From Paraspadella gotoi (taxonomy: Eukaryota; Animalia; Chaetognatha): DNA of 64,000 bases. Below the pieces are notes generated by a model. That model was not told where the DNA came from. It worked only from the letters and a program-made list of their open reading frames with translations, and did no database searches. Shown here piece after piece: positions 29,909 through 41,885 of the stretch; the stretch's first letter is position 1; each line of letters opens with the position of its first letter. The stretch lies in contig CM119263.1 of assembly GCA_051294375.1 (NCBI GenBank), positions 16,160,532 to 16,224,531 on the forward strand, read 5' to 3'. Position numbers and translations under genes: made by a program.

Positions 29909-30459
29909 TAATAAATAAAATATAAATATTTTATTTTTTAATTTTATTTTTTTAATTCTAATTATTATTTTTATTTTTATTATTATTATTTATTATTATT
30001 ATTATTTTATTATTATTATATAATCTGAAATAATATATATTTTATATAAAATAATTTTATTTTATTTATTTAAAATTATAAAAATTATGTTTTAATTTTT
30101 TTAATATTCAAATAAATTTAAAAAAAATATTTTTATAATTAATATATATAATAAAAAAATATTTTTAACTGAACGGGATTTTTCTGAAAAATTCAGGCCC
30201 AGGATCTCACTGTGCGCCGGTTCTAAAGCTTAGTACTACGCATAGTACTAATCTTTGTTGGATCAAAACGAGCTCGATTTTAAAGGAAAGTTGATCGGTT
30301 TGAAGAGCGATTTTTGCGATTGCTTTTTGGCGATTACTTTTGAACGGATTGTCGGATTATGATGAAATTATGCATGTAGATAATGTTTGTAATTGTCTAT
30401 CGAACGCTACCAAATTTGATATAAAACAATGAGTTGTTTAGAAACGATGCTCATCCCCA
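28998..30459. mobile_element. Non-autonomous TIR element hosting the Transib-like insertion
   Basis: Left end TAGAGATGAGCATCGTT, right end (reverse complement) TGGGGATGAGCATCGTT; flanked by direct repeat TTTTATT (low complexity). Superfamily uncertain. Confidence 0.55.
29566..30214. mobile_element. Non-autonomous Transib/RAG-like DNA transposon with AT-rich interior
   Basis: Termini CACAGTG (29566-29572) and CACTGTG (30208-30214); 5-bp flanks CGTCG and CGCCG (CGNCG-type TSD with one mismatch); second shared block AGAAAAAT 22 nt inside each heptamer. Confidence 0.72.
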
Positions 30460-30726
30460 TTTTATTATTAAAATCCATCGTGATTTGGATTGATTCTTAT
30501 TTTTGATAAAAAAAATGGCTTCGCCCAGTGATATCTACGAGGTATAAATTAGAATAGAGCCAAGTGCTCAAACAATATTTTTAATACAATTTCCCACAAA
30601 CCTATATTTAAAAATGAAAATAAAACTTTTATATATTAATTTTTTTTTAATTTTTAACCTACTTAAAAGATTTTTTAAAAATGATTTATATTCAAATTTG
30701 CAATCAAATTTTTGACTCTATAAGGC

Positions 30727-30997
30727 TAGTACAGTAGCGGTATATTCACACCGCCTCACCTCCACCTTCATTCAGCCAATCCCATTGACTCAGAGGGGGA
30801 ACACCTCATCCCAAGCATTACGTTCCGTCCACAGACATCACGACTTCCCTCTGGGTTGGCAAAGCGAGACTGTCCTCGGTTAACCGCGCCAGTGGCAGGC
30901 GACGCTTCTGAGGGTCGGAAGCCCTTAAAGTCAACAGTGAGATGCCCCATCCCAATAGGCTATAAATACATGCAACCCGGCTGTTGCTGCAGTACTA
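30727..30997. mobile_element. GC-rich 271-bp insertion with imperfect 12-bp inverted ends
   Basis: TAGTACAGTAGC versus reverse-complement TAGTACTGCAGC; sharp GC contrast with flanks; internal TATAAATA. Single copy here, so class unknown. Confidence 0.3.
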
Positions 30998-33900
30998 TAT
31001 ATAAATATAACCTAACCTTGAATGTCAAAAGAAACAAGAGCAACCAGAGTTTATACTTATACTCTTGCAAACACAGACTGTCTCCATCGAAGTTGCGCTT
31101 CCTGTAGTAACTCTGACCTGCAAGTGAACGAAATGGGCGATTCGATCCAACGCAGGAAGTTAAAGATGATTTTGCGCATTTTTTGAAAACAAAGGTCATA
31201 AACTCTCTCTCGCTCTCTATCTCTCTCTTGCCTTCCCTCATATCCCTTTCTACATCTACGCATGTCTCTATTTGAAGGTCTATATGGTCCTTCGCGCCAT
31301 TATCATCTCATAAACATAATTTGAAATCGTTTTAGAGGTTTTGTTTTATTCTAGTTTACATAGAGATAGTTATTCTGGGCCGATTTAAAGGCTTCCCACA
31401 ATGAAGACGTTGAGAGAGAAAGACTTCGTTCTGTCAAAACATCCAGCGAAGATGCGAGTGAAATCTGTGATCAAAACTCTATCAGTTTGTTTTAATCGGA
31501 AAAACAAATTTTAAATCTATTATAAAACAAAATTCTATGGGCGAGGATCCGAAGGGGAGAGGGGGGGGAAAAAAACTCCGGACGTCGTCGTTCAATTTAC
31601 GAAGATATCATAATAATCATCTTCATTACGTTTCTTTTCGGCGTTGCACGCGATTAAAAAATTATTAACAATATTGGCCGAAAATAAATGTGTCGCTCAT
31701 CAAATCCGTGAAATAAAGCGAAACATGATTTCTCCCTAAGACCGTTAATCCAACAGATTGTGCGCAATACAAGAACGTCGGTATTGCATACAAATGAATG
31801 CCTTTCTCGTTAAAAAAATTCTAACAGAGAAGTATAAACGTTGCGTAGCGGGACGCACCGTAGATATTTTTAAAAGCACCAATAAACGAATGTTTTCTTT
31901 TTCTAGAATATAATTTATCTTCTTTGATGTCGCTACCAGTCCACAACCACTACGACCACAATATCTCTCTCTCTCTCTCTCTCTCTCTGTCTGTTCTATA
32001 TCCCCGCCACGACGGTTTAAAGTTTTGACTTGAATTACAGTTTCGTCGATTCTTCGTTCTTTCTTTCCTTCGCTACCGATTCGCTACGATGATTGCGAGA
32101 TCCGGTATGCGGAAGACGAGGAAAAGAAGGGTAGGGTTAGGGACAGATACGTGAGGGAGCGCATACTCCAGGTTGATGTATAAATATGAATTGACGATTC
32201 AGGTAAGACACTGAGAAAGTGAAAGAAAAAAAAAAACGAAACGAGAATATATCTAGTTCTTCGTGTCCAAAAATGTTATTTTTTATCATCTACAAAGGCG
32301 TGAATTTGGAGAAGGAATATTGAAGAGTCTGTTAATGTCATTAATAATGAGGGAAAGTTATTTAAAATAAATTATTTGGGGGGAGGGAAATAGGAGTTTT
32401 CATCAAATTTTTGATCATCAACCGCCTTTTGGACACTTGTTCCTGAAAATATTTGACCCTGTTGGGGTTTTGTCTTCGTGTCGCGAGTACAAAAGCCCCT
32501 TGTCGTCGTCGTACGCCGACAGACAACTAAACGACTTAACATGCACTGTCGGTTCCTTGTCCACCCCGCGCGAATCCCTAACTTCGTCCGTGCGGTAACT
32601 CGCGCGCTCGCGACGAGAGATTGTGCACGCGAGGGAACGATCGAAACTAAGTTTTGCGTCCACCGGAAGTACACATTAAAGCATAGCCAAAATATAAAAT
32701 CAAGTAGAATAAAAATTCGAATCATGAACCGGCTTGTACCTGTGAAAATTTTTTTAATAAAAATATACAGCCCTGTGCCAAAAAAACGAGCCACTTTATT
32801 TCAGATTTTAAAAATCACCCTATAAGCTATATACTTGAATTTTTAAAGTTTATTGAAAGATGATAAGTTTGGCATAAATTTTATTAAAATTGGGCCATCC
32901 GTTTAGGAGCAATGATTTTTTAAAGCTGAATATAAAAAAATCTGATAGATTTAAGATTAATCTTTTTTTTTATCTCGCCAAACGGACGAATGCCAAACTT
33001 GGGCGAGATGTTAATTCGTTTCTGATTTTTTTGACCGTAGTCGGCATTATCATCGTCACTCAGTTTTACCATTGGAAATAGCTCAAGTGTATAAGTCGCG
33101 GTGCACAGTCTCGTGGAAAAACTATTCACGCTATTCTCATGCAAAATTTTTTACCCTTGTGACCAAAATTTTTACTCTGTCTGATTACTAACATATGCCT
33201 TATATTCGAGCGAACATAGGCTCTTTTTACCATGACTGTTTTTTATCAGTAAGATCGCAAAGATAATCGAAATATGTAAAAAATCAGGCTAAAAGTAGCT
33301 TAAAACGGTGACAAATTTCTTACCATCGTTATTGTAATTGATCTGGGTTTAAACTTGTTCATTAAAAAAAATTATATTCAAACTCAATTTACATACTAGA
33401 GATCAAGAGCTATCTTTTAAACCTATTATTTTTTCATTTAAAGGAAATTTAAGGCATAACAATCAACCAAATATCTCTAAATCAGAATGACAAAACAATA
33501 TTGCTTTTTTCTAGTTTTTGTATTCATTTTGTAGCTGTGACTTGTTTGGCGTTTTAAGAAAGATCTAAGAGACATTTTTGGGAAAAGCATCTTCTTAAAA
33601 CTTTAGGTATAAATTTTTATAAAAATATTTTAAAGTTTAGTATACTAAAATGATTTTTAATTAATTAAAAAGTTGAATATTTAAATTTTTGAAAAAAACA
33701 TTTGTCTCATGGAGAATTATAAATAAGGAACTTGAGAAATAATTTTGCATTTTGAAAAAAAATCAGATTTTTTCCCAATCGATTTTGTCACAATCTGATG
33801 TTTTTATTTTTTTGATTTATTTATTTTTTATGCAAAATTATAATTCTTCGTGAGCATGGTCTGAAAAAGTTTTTTTTTAAATTTTTCATTTTTTATTCTT

Positions 33901-35347
33901 TTAATGTTTTCCATAAGTATTCAAGAGGGATATGGAGGACAGTTTTTCTTATCTTATGTTATTGTGATCATTTGCTATTAATTTTTATGAATCATTACTT
34001 TTAATAATAATACTGTAATGTTTTTATATTAAAAAATTAATAAGTTTTCTTTCTCCTTATAACATTGAAGGAATTATTTTTTAATGTATCAAATACTATA
34101 ATTATAGAAATGGATAATTATTGTCAATATTAACAAAAGAAATGAAAGGTGAATTTGGACACATGTTTATGACATAAAAAGGCTGAGTAAGTGAGTAAAA
34201 GTTATGAAATTGATGCAAAACAAAAGAAAAAGCGACAAAAAGAGAGTGAGGCAAAGAGTGAGAGCTAAAGAGGCAAATCAAAAGGTAAGAGAGAGAATTC
34301 TGATTGTTGTTTAAGTTGCGAAGTTTTTTTGTAACCAGGAGACATCAGATAAGAAAGATATTGAATGTGACTTGATTGATTGATTGATTAAATAATTAAT
34401 TAATAGATAAATAAATTGATTCATTGAACAATAAATTAAATAATTGACCGATTAATTAATTATTGATTAATTAATTGATTAATTAACTGATTAATTATTT
34501 AATTAATTAATACATCTTGTATTTCAAGTCGGATCTGCCCACAGTCATTTTTGGTAATTAATTAATAATTAATTAATTAATAATTAATTCAAAATAATTA
34601 ATTATTTAATTAATTAATAATTAATTTATTCAAGTTAATTATTTAATTAATTAGCCAAATAATTAATATGACCCGATTTCAAAGACCTCGAAGATGAGAA
34701 GCTGTATAAATACGACGACGCCAATTTATGTGCGAAACCACAGCAAAATCATTGCAAACGCAGAGCGATAAAAATATAAATTAAATTAATAAACAAATTG
34801 ATCTTTACTTTTTTTAATTAAACCTACTTCCACTAGCCTGATTCCGTTGAAACTTGAATTCCAGCTCAATGAACTAGTTTTTTAATCACGGACAAAATTT
34901 CAACTCAATTGATTTATCCAAACATAAGTAATAAGACTTTAAAGGTACGGGAGAAAAGATGGACAGACAGACAGATGGACAGACAAATATTTAAAGTTTT
35001 TGATATCAAACGACAGCTTAAACAAAGGAGATTCTGACTGCATTGTTTTTTAAGAGATATGTTGTTCACACATTATAGAATAAACCAATCTTCTTTTTAG
35101 TTTGAATTCTGACGGCATTTATGTATTTAACTGTATCTTGAGAGCATTAAAAGATTTTGCATTAATTTTTATACATAACATTCACGGAGTAATGACCTAG
35201 GATGAGAAACAGTAAAAAATGAAAAAATCAATAATGAAATTTTTTTTTTACTGCATAGTTTATTCTACGAGACTGTACATCGCGTCATAACCATAGGAAG
35301 CTTCTCAGCGTACACGTATTTGATTGTTTTTTTTTTACGATGAAAGA

Positions 35348-35835
35348 CTCATCGCATCAATGAATGATTATCATTGCATCAATGAATGATAACATCGGAT
35401 CAATAAATATCTATCATTCCATCAATCATTTGTTTTATTTATGATAAATGATTATCATCAGCATCATCGCATCAAATAAATGACTATCATCGTATCAATG
35501 AATGATTATCATCGTATCAATAAATGACTATCATCGTATCATCGCATCAAATCCATTTGGTTATCATCGTATCAATGAATGATTATCATCGCATCAATCA
35601 TTTGGTTATCATCGTATCAATATTTGATTATCATCGCATTAATAATTATTATTATAATTTTTATTATATTAATCAATCAATTACTATTACATCAATCAAT
35701 CAATTACTATTACATTAATTATTATTACATCAAATAATCAATTATTATTACATCAATCAATCAATTACTATTATATCAATCAATTACTATTATATCAATC
35801 AATTACTATTATATTAATAATTTGTTATCGCATCA
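35348..35835 (+). repeat. Degenerate ~19-23-bp minisatellite (ATCATCGCATCAATCATTTGGTT family), copy 1
   Basis: Tandem units grading into ATCAATCAATTACTATT; same leader (ACACGTATTTG) and unit order as 56790-57170 and 63375-63768. Confidence 0.85.
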
Positions 35836-36244
35836 ATCTTTTTTTTTTATTAATTTTCTTTGATAGTAACGTCAGGCGAGATCACTAGACTTTTAAGATT
35901 TTTTTTATATTTTACAATACTTGAAGTAGATTAAAAATTTAAAAAATTAAACTGCACATCCGGAGGGATAGCTGGATAACTGGATTTCCCCATATCCTTA
36001 AATAACAATCTTAAGGTTAGTAAAATATACGATGAAAGACAGATCTATGTTTGAATGGGAGTTCAATAAAATGATCAAATACTGTGGCTAAATTATCTGA
36101 TTTCAAATTTTGTACCCTATTAAAAAAATCGCTGATGTTTTTTATTTTCCAACTCCAAGTAGTCCAGCTTGCTTACTTTCTTAGTTGCCCATGACAAAAA
36201 TAAAGACGACAATGATGGCGACGACGACAATAATGCCGATAACG

Positions 36245-36620
36245 ACTGACTTGATTGATTGATTGATTAAATAATTATTTGATTATTTAAGACATCTTGA
36301 ATTTAAATTTAATATAAAAAGAAAAAGAAGCATAATCAATTGGTGAAACAGGTTTTTTGTTTTTTCTATTTAAACAAATTTCCACTCTGACGATTCCATC
36401 GAAACTTCATATCCAGCTCAATCACACACTTCCCTACCCACACACAAAATTTAATTCCAATCACGAGTAATTGGAGTTTTTTGCTAAGGTCGGATGGACG
36501 GACATCATTTTTTTGGCATAATTTATCATAATTCGAGGTTCTGATATGATAATAATGATTTACCGACAAGATTTTGGGGTGGGACCATAGAGTCGGAATC
36601 TGATGATAAGCAGATCTGAC
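36245..36620 (+). mobile_element. Helentron/DINE-1-like element, same family as 18876-19597
   Basis: 36587-36620 is nearly the reverse complement of 18877-18910; shares the GATTCCATCGAAACTT..TCCAGCTCAAT block and (TTGA)n. Confidence 0.55.
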
Positions 36621-36973
36621 GAAAATCATATCTCTTAAACCACTTGACCGATTGTAATAAAATTAGGACACATTGATTCCTTTTTTAAAAAATGTATTTT
36701 TTTTATATAATTTTTAAAAATGTCTTTATAGAGTGTCTGGAATTTAAAGTTATAAAGTGGCGATTTTTTTTTTTGCTTTTTTTTTTTGCACAGGACTCTA
36801 TAATGTATATTGTATTTTTCAATTTTTGCATTAGGCCATATTTATATATAGTACTCATAGTATTTAATTTTTAGCTAACTTAATGAAAGAATTTTTCATT
36901 AAGACTTATGAAATTGGTACAACCAATATATATATTTATATATATTATGGTGGACTAAATTCACTGTTCATCA

Positions 36974-37160
36974 GCGGCCATTGGTGTCGGAGGCAAGTCA
37001 TTCGCCTCTCAACCTAAAGGTCCGGGGTTCTGGCCCGGTGGCCGCCAAGCAGTTAAGAGGGACGGGGCGCTTAACCCGCCTGTAACATGGTGTTACAGCC
37101 TGATCCGAAGCTCAGGGACTGCTTCTATTGAACTGTTATGTCACTAACACATAAAAATAA
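36974..37160 (+). mobile_element. tRNA-derived SINE (or tRNA pseudogene with 3' body)
   Basis: 74-nt head with acceptor-like stem GCGGCCA/TGGCCGC plus CA, A-box TGGTGTCGGAGG, degenerate B-box GGTTCTGGCCC and unpaired anticodon arm around CTC; followed by a GC-rich body and A-rich end. Confidence 0.65.
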
Positions 37161-37297
37161 TCACTGTCAATATATATTTTTTTTATTATTATCAACTTTT
37201 TATAAGGAATTTGAATCTGCTTTCAAAACTAAGAAAAAACTATTTTTAAATTTTGACATTTTTTAAGGTGAGTACTGTGAGTACTGTGAGTACTATG

Positions 37298-37889
37298 TAT
37301 GAAATTGGTACTACCAATATAAAAAGTATCCATTCATTTAATAAATAAGCTATCTTGCCCTGACTTTGGACAGGCTTTGGTGGTTTAACGCCTCCATCAC
37401 TCTTACAAGATAATGACATAGCAGGTCACTGCAAGCTTTCAATCAAGACTCTCTCACAGTCTCGTTTATCCACTCCCAGAGTACCTGGCTTCCCTATCAA
37501 TGAAGTGGTATAATATTTCAAAGAATGTTTCAATTGTATGAAAAGACCACTCCCTTAAGTATTAGATCGGGAATACTTATTGTACTCCGCACTAGCATCA
37601 AAATACAAGGAGCTGAATTTTATGAAATTGGTACAACCAATATAAAAATTATCCATTCATTTAATAAATAAGCTATCTTGCCCCTGACTTTGGACAGGCT
37701 TTGGTCGTTTAAGGCCTCCATCACTCTTACAAGATAATGACATAGCAGGTCCCTGCAAGCTTTCAATCAAGACTCTCTCACAGTCTCGTTTATTCACTCC
37801 AAGAGTACCTGGCTTCCCTATCAATGAAGTGGTATAATATTTCAAAGAATGTTTCAATTGTATGAAAAGACCACTCCCTGAAGTATTAG
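37298..37889. repeat. ~324-bp dispersed/tandem repeat, about 1.8 units
   Basis: Unit starts TATGAAATTGGTAC at 37298 and again at 37621. Confidence 0.9.
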
Positions 37890-40800
37890 TATATTATACT
37901 TTGTATAAATATGGGCTAATGCTAAAATTGAGAAGTTTTTTCATTTATCAATGTTTTTTAGTACAAGACTGTTCAATGTTCATGATCATTGATCAAATAT
38001 TCGAATTTTGAATTTCGCATTTTGCAATAACGCCTTCGTACACATACTTTTTAGAAGCAAGTGCAATTGAAAAATAAATGTCGGTAAAAATTACGATTCG
38101 AAAATGAAACGCCAAACGGTATGTAGGCTCGTAGAGAATCAACGATTTTGCTCGTACGACGCAGAATTTTTCCAATAATTATAATATTTGACTCGGAAGA
38201 CGACAAAATTTGTCTACAAGTCGACTTGCTTAAATTTTAACAACTTAGCCACAACGATTGATAGAAAATTTTCTAAAGGCTAAACAATTTAATATTATTT
38301 TTTTGGCTTCGTAATTTTAAAAGGTTTAGCTTTTAATTTAGTACTTTTAACATCTACTGAGCTAGATATTAGACAATTTCGTATGAATTTCGGCATAAAC
38401 TGCTCATTCATTTCATAATTGTTAGATCAACATTGGGCGATATCGACGAATTATGTAAACCTTTTTAAATAACTTGATAATTACAACTTTTATATTAGAT
38501 TTTCACTTTAGACGTTAATTGAGTTTCAGATTTGAATCGTCAAATGCGTGCGAATAAATTGAAAATAAATTAATAATCCTATAGCGAAGAAGCGACGTTA
38601 AAAAATTGTAAAAAAAAACGAGATGAAAAAAATAATTCCTTTGGCGCTCCAAAACAAAAAAAAAACGTACGATTCCAGAGGCTTGATAACCACGAAACGA
38701 GCCAAAAAAAAAACCGTACAAACTAAGGAGCGATTCCATGGGCGAGGGTCATGGTGGAAAAAAGTCTGACGAAAATCTCTTCCTGAATTTATGGGATTCG
38801 AAGTGGTGGATCCAAATGTTTTTAAAACCATTTCATACGCTTTTAAATCAAGAGGTTTTTTAAAAATTTTTTAGGAGCATGTAAAAGTCAATCAAAAACG
38901 CACGAGAAAATAAATGAGATTAATGATTAATGATTAATCATTAACGTTATTAGATTTAAGATTCCTAAGCGATGAAAAATGAATATAACCAGAGTGCAGA
39001 GTGGGATATCCTTATTTTATTTTTTTATCAGTGCTTCTTACTGCACCGTTCGATTCGCCCAATAGTGGATTATTCGGGAGAGAGGGGGAACGAGGGTAGG
39101 GACTATCCGCAGGGGGGCGGGGAGCTGATCCGAGGTCGGGAACCAAATTCCCAAATCGCAGAAGCGGATTCTCAAGAGCAGCATGAAACCACCGACGGCA
39201 CCCAAAACGCCCTTGCTTCATCCACCGGCCGTCCGGCCCTTGGGAAACTTCTCCTTCCAACCGCCGCGTATTTTCGCGGCTCAAAATTTTCTTGTTTCTG
39301 TTTTTCGTAGACTTATGGGGTTTTCCGCCATTTTACTTTTTGTTCTGATTCTTTAAAATTTCAGCAACAAAAATAGCTTTTAGTTTTATGGGTAATTTTT
39401 GAGAAGTGGAATGTTGATCTTATTAGTTTCCTTGTACACTGTACAGATTTATTCTTCTTCAACCAACCATAGAATAAGTAAACTAATTAAGGCGCTCAGT
39501 TGCAGCGAAACCGCAAATAGGAAAAGTTGATTGCAGAATACAGATGAACAAATTTAAAATGCTACGAAAAATAGTAATGAGTAATTTTTTTAAATTTGAT
39601 TAACTTTTTTTTCCTATGGAGAAAAAATTCGTTGTTTGTTACCATTAAAAAAAAACCGCTCCCTCCTAATTACAATCTAACGAAAAGGAAAGAAAATATA
39701 TTATATATTATATATATATAATTATATATATATATATATATATAGGGCAGAAAGTAACTTTTAACTTTGTGTTGAATAGATGCCTCCCTCTATTTCCAGA
39801 AGACAACACTGACATCCCTCTCCCCATTACATTATAAAAGAATATACTTTTTATTAAGAATATAACTACATCTAATATATAGTGAAATTTATTAAATTTT
39901 TAAATTTTATTTTTAAATTTTAATATAAAATTTTAAACTCTAATATAGTAAAACAATCTTGAATTTTTTCATACGAATATATTTCCAAAACCATTTCATT
40001 ATATTAAACCAAAATAACTTATTTTTGTATTGAGAAATGAGAAATTTTATGACGGCACAATCCCAACCGTGCGTTCCAGATTTAATCCTAGAGACCCTCC
40101 CACTTCCTTAGCAAAGCGAGACGGTGCTGTTCCAGTATGTTAAGGGTCGACCACAGCGTATCGTACGCCAACTGGTGTTTTGCCCCGCCCCCCCGGTTTT
40201 ACACCTTACTCAGCTTAAATAAATGAAGGGAGAAACTATGTAAATTCAGGAATATCTGTGATTAAAACGAACGTGGCCATTAGCATCCGTTCGCCACATA
40301 TCTGTACCGTTATAATAATTTATTAGAATTTCAACTTTTATTTTAATTTTTATTAAAAATTTTGCCTACTTGATTTTATTTCGTGTCACAATCCCTTACT
40401 GTTAAAACAACTTTTTACTTTATCTATTTTTAATAATGTCAACAATGTCAAATTACGTTCGGTTAACTTGAATTATTTTAATTATTTTTTAATAATTACT
40501 AATGAAATAAATAAGTTCACGAGATATTCTCGAAATTAAACCAAAAATCTAATTGCTGTTTTGTTTTTCCCAAAAGGATCTGAGAATGCGACCATCTCAC
40601 GCCCTCTGACGACGGCTCCGCCAAACCGGAACTCATTGAAGAATGAAGATGTCCGTCCTCTGCGTGCCCATTCCGTTGTTCCTCACTCATGGCAATGGCA
40701 TTGGCCTCTGACATAAAGACGATTATGTCTCGTCATAATGGGGTGTTTTCGTCATCATTACATATTGATCCTGTATGAATTTTAAATAGTGTTTATGGTT

Positions 40801-41149
40801 GGAAAACTTTACATCGAATTTCTCAGGGTTAGTTCAGTTTCTCAATTTCTCAATTTTCTTTAGTTCAGTTGATAATTTTTTGTCCTTTCGCTACTTTTTC
40901 TTATTTACGGTATCTCTTGAGTTTGAAAATGTGTTCTGCGCATTATATTCATAATTTCAGACTATATGTTTACTATACATTCCCGTAACTAAACTGAAGT
41001 CAATGCGTCAGCTTTAGGCCGTCACTAATTCTAATTCTAATTGGACTTCGTTGTCATTACCTTATGCCTTAAAATCATTTCACCATTACTTAAGATAAAT
41101 AAACTGGGTAACTTTACTGTTGGACGTCCGCAACCAACCTTAGCTACCA

Positions 41150-41535
41150 CCGGTCGGTGTTTTGTTAATCCAATTTTGTTTTCAGTTTTTTTTTTACTAT
41201 ATTTTTTATTTCTTTATTTTTCTTTAGTTTAAAAAAATATATTTTTGCATATTATGTATTATTTATTCGAATAATTGTTTTAAATTTATTTCAATTACTA
41301 TTTTTATATTATATTTTTTAAACGGTTAACAATTGGGTTAAGAGTGGTTAGGGATTAGGGGTGGTTACTGGTTAGGGATTAGGGGTGGTTAGGGGTAGTT
41401 ATGGTTTAGGGGTAACTCGGGGAGTTTGTAAAATAAAATTTGTAATAAATTTTTTTTTTACTCTTACTAGTATCCTTTTTTTTCATAACGAGAAAAAAAA
41501 ACCGACTGCAAAATCCCAATCGGCGAATGTAAAAA
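41150..41535 (+). mobile_element. Repeat with TTAGGG-like interior and sub-terminal hairpin, upstream of ELP1
   Basis: 41305-41365 and 41500-41535 are reverse-complement homologues of 48409-48466 and 48261-48295. Confidence 0.6.
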
Positions 41536-41885
41536 TAAGCTAATAAACCAATTGATTTGCATAATTTTCTTGAAACTAAAAGTAGAAAAAATCTATTAAA
41601 AAATTACGTAACAATGGTTGTTTGATAATTCGGCTTTTTGCTTATATTTCGTGAGCCGTTAAAAATAAAGAAAAATTTCTATCGTATCTATTTAAAATAA
41701 CTAAACGCGAAGATCCACGATTGCCATCCGGAATATCGCCTCCCAACAATCTCTGCATGTCGGTCCACATTTTATTGTTTCTGAAAAACCTTTTATTATA
41801 CCCCACTTTTTGACTTGCTAAGGTTTTTTAATTACTTTAATTTTTGTTATATCTTCCCATATTCTCATTTTCTAACTTTTTAAGA

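Noticed and set aside
30780-30960. HDV-like ribozyme in the GC-rich insertion
   Set aside because: A P3/L3-like hairpin is present, but P1, P1.1 and J4/2 could not be assigned.
36974-37047. Functional tRNA-Glu gene
   Set aside because: The anticodon stem does not pair, the T-loop is degenerate and no poly-T terminator follows.
40517-40714. Minus-strand ORF MSEANAIAM
   Set aside because: No recognisable motif, an in-frame stop just upstream and no partner exons found.
41335-41415. True telomere or chromosome fusion site
   Set aside because: The tract is short, degenerate and embedded in a dispersed repeat with a second copy at 48261-48470.
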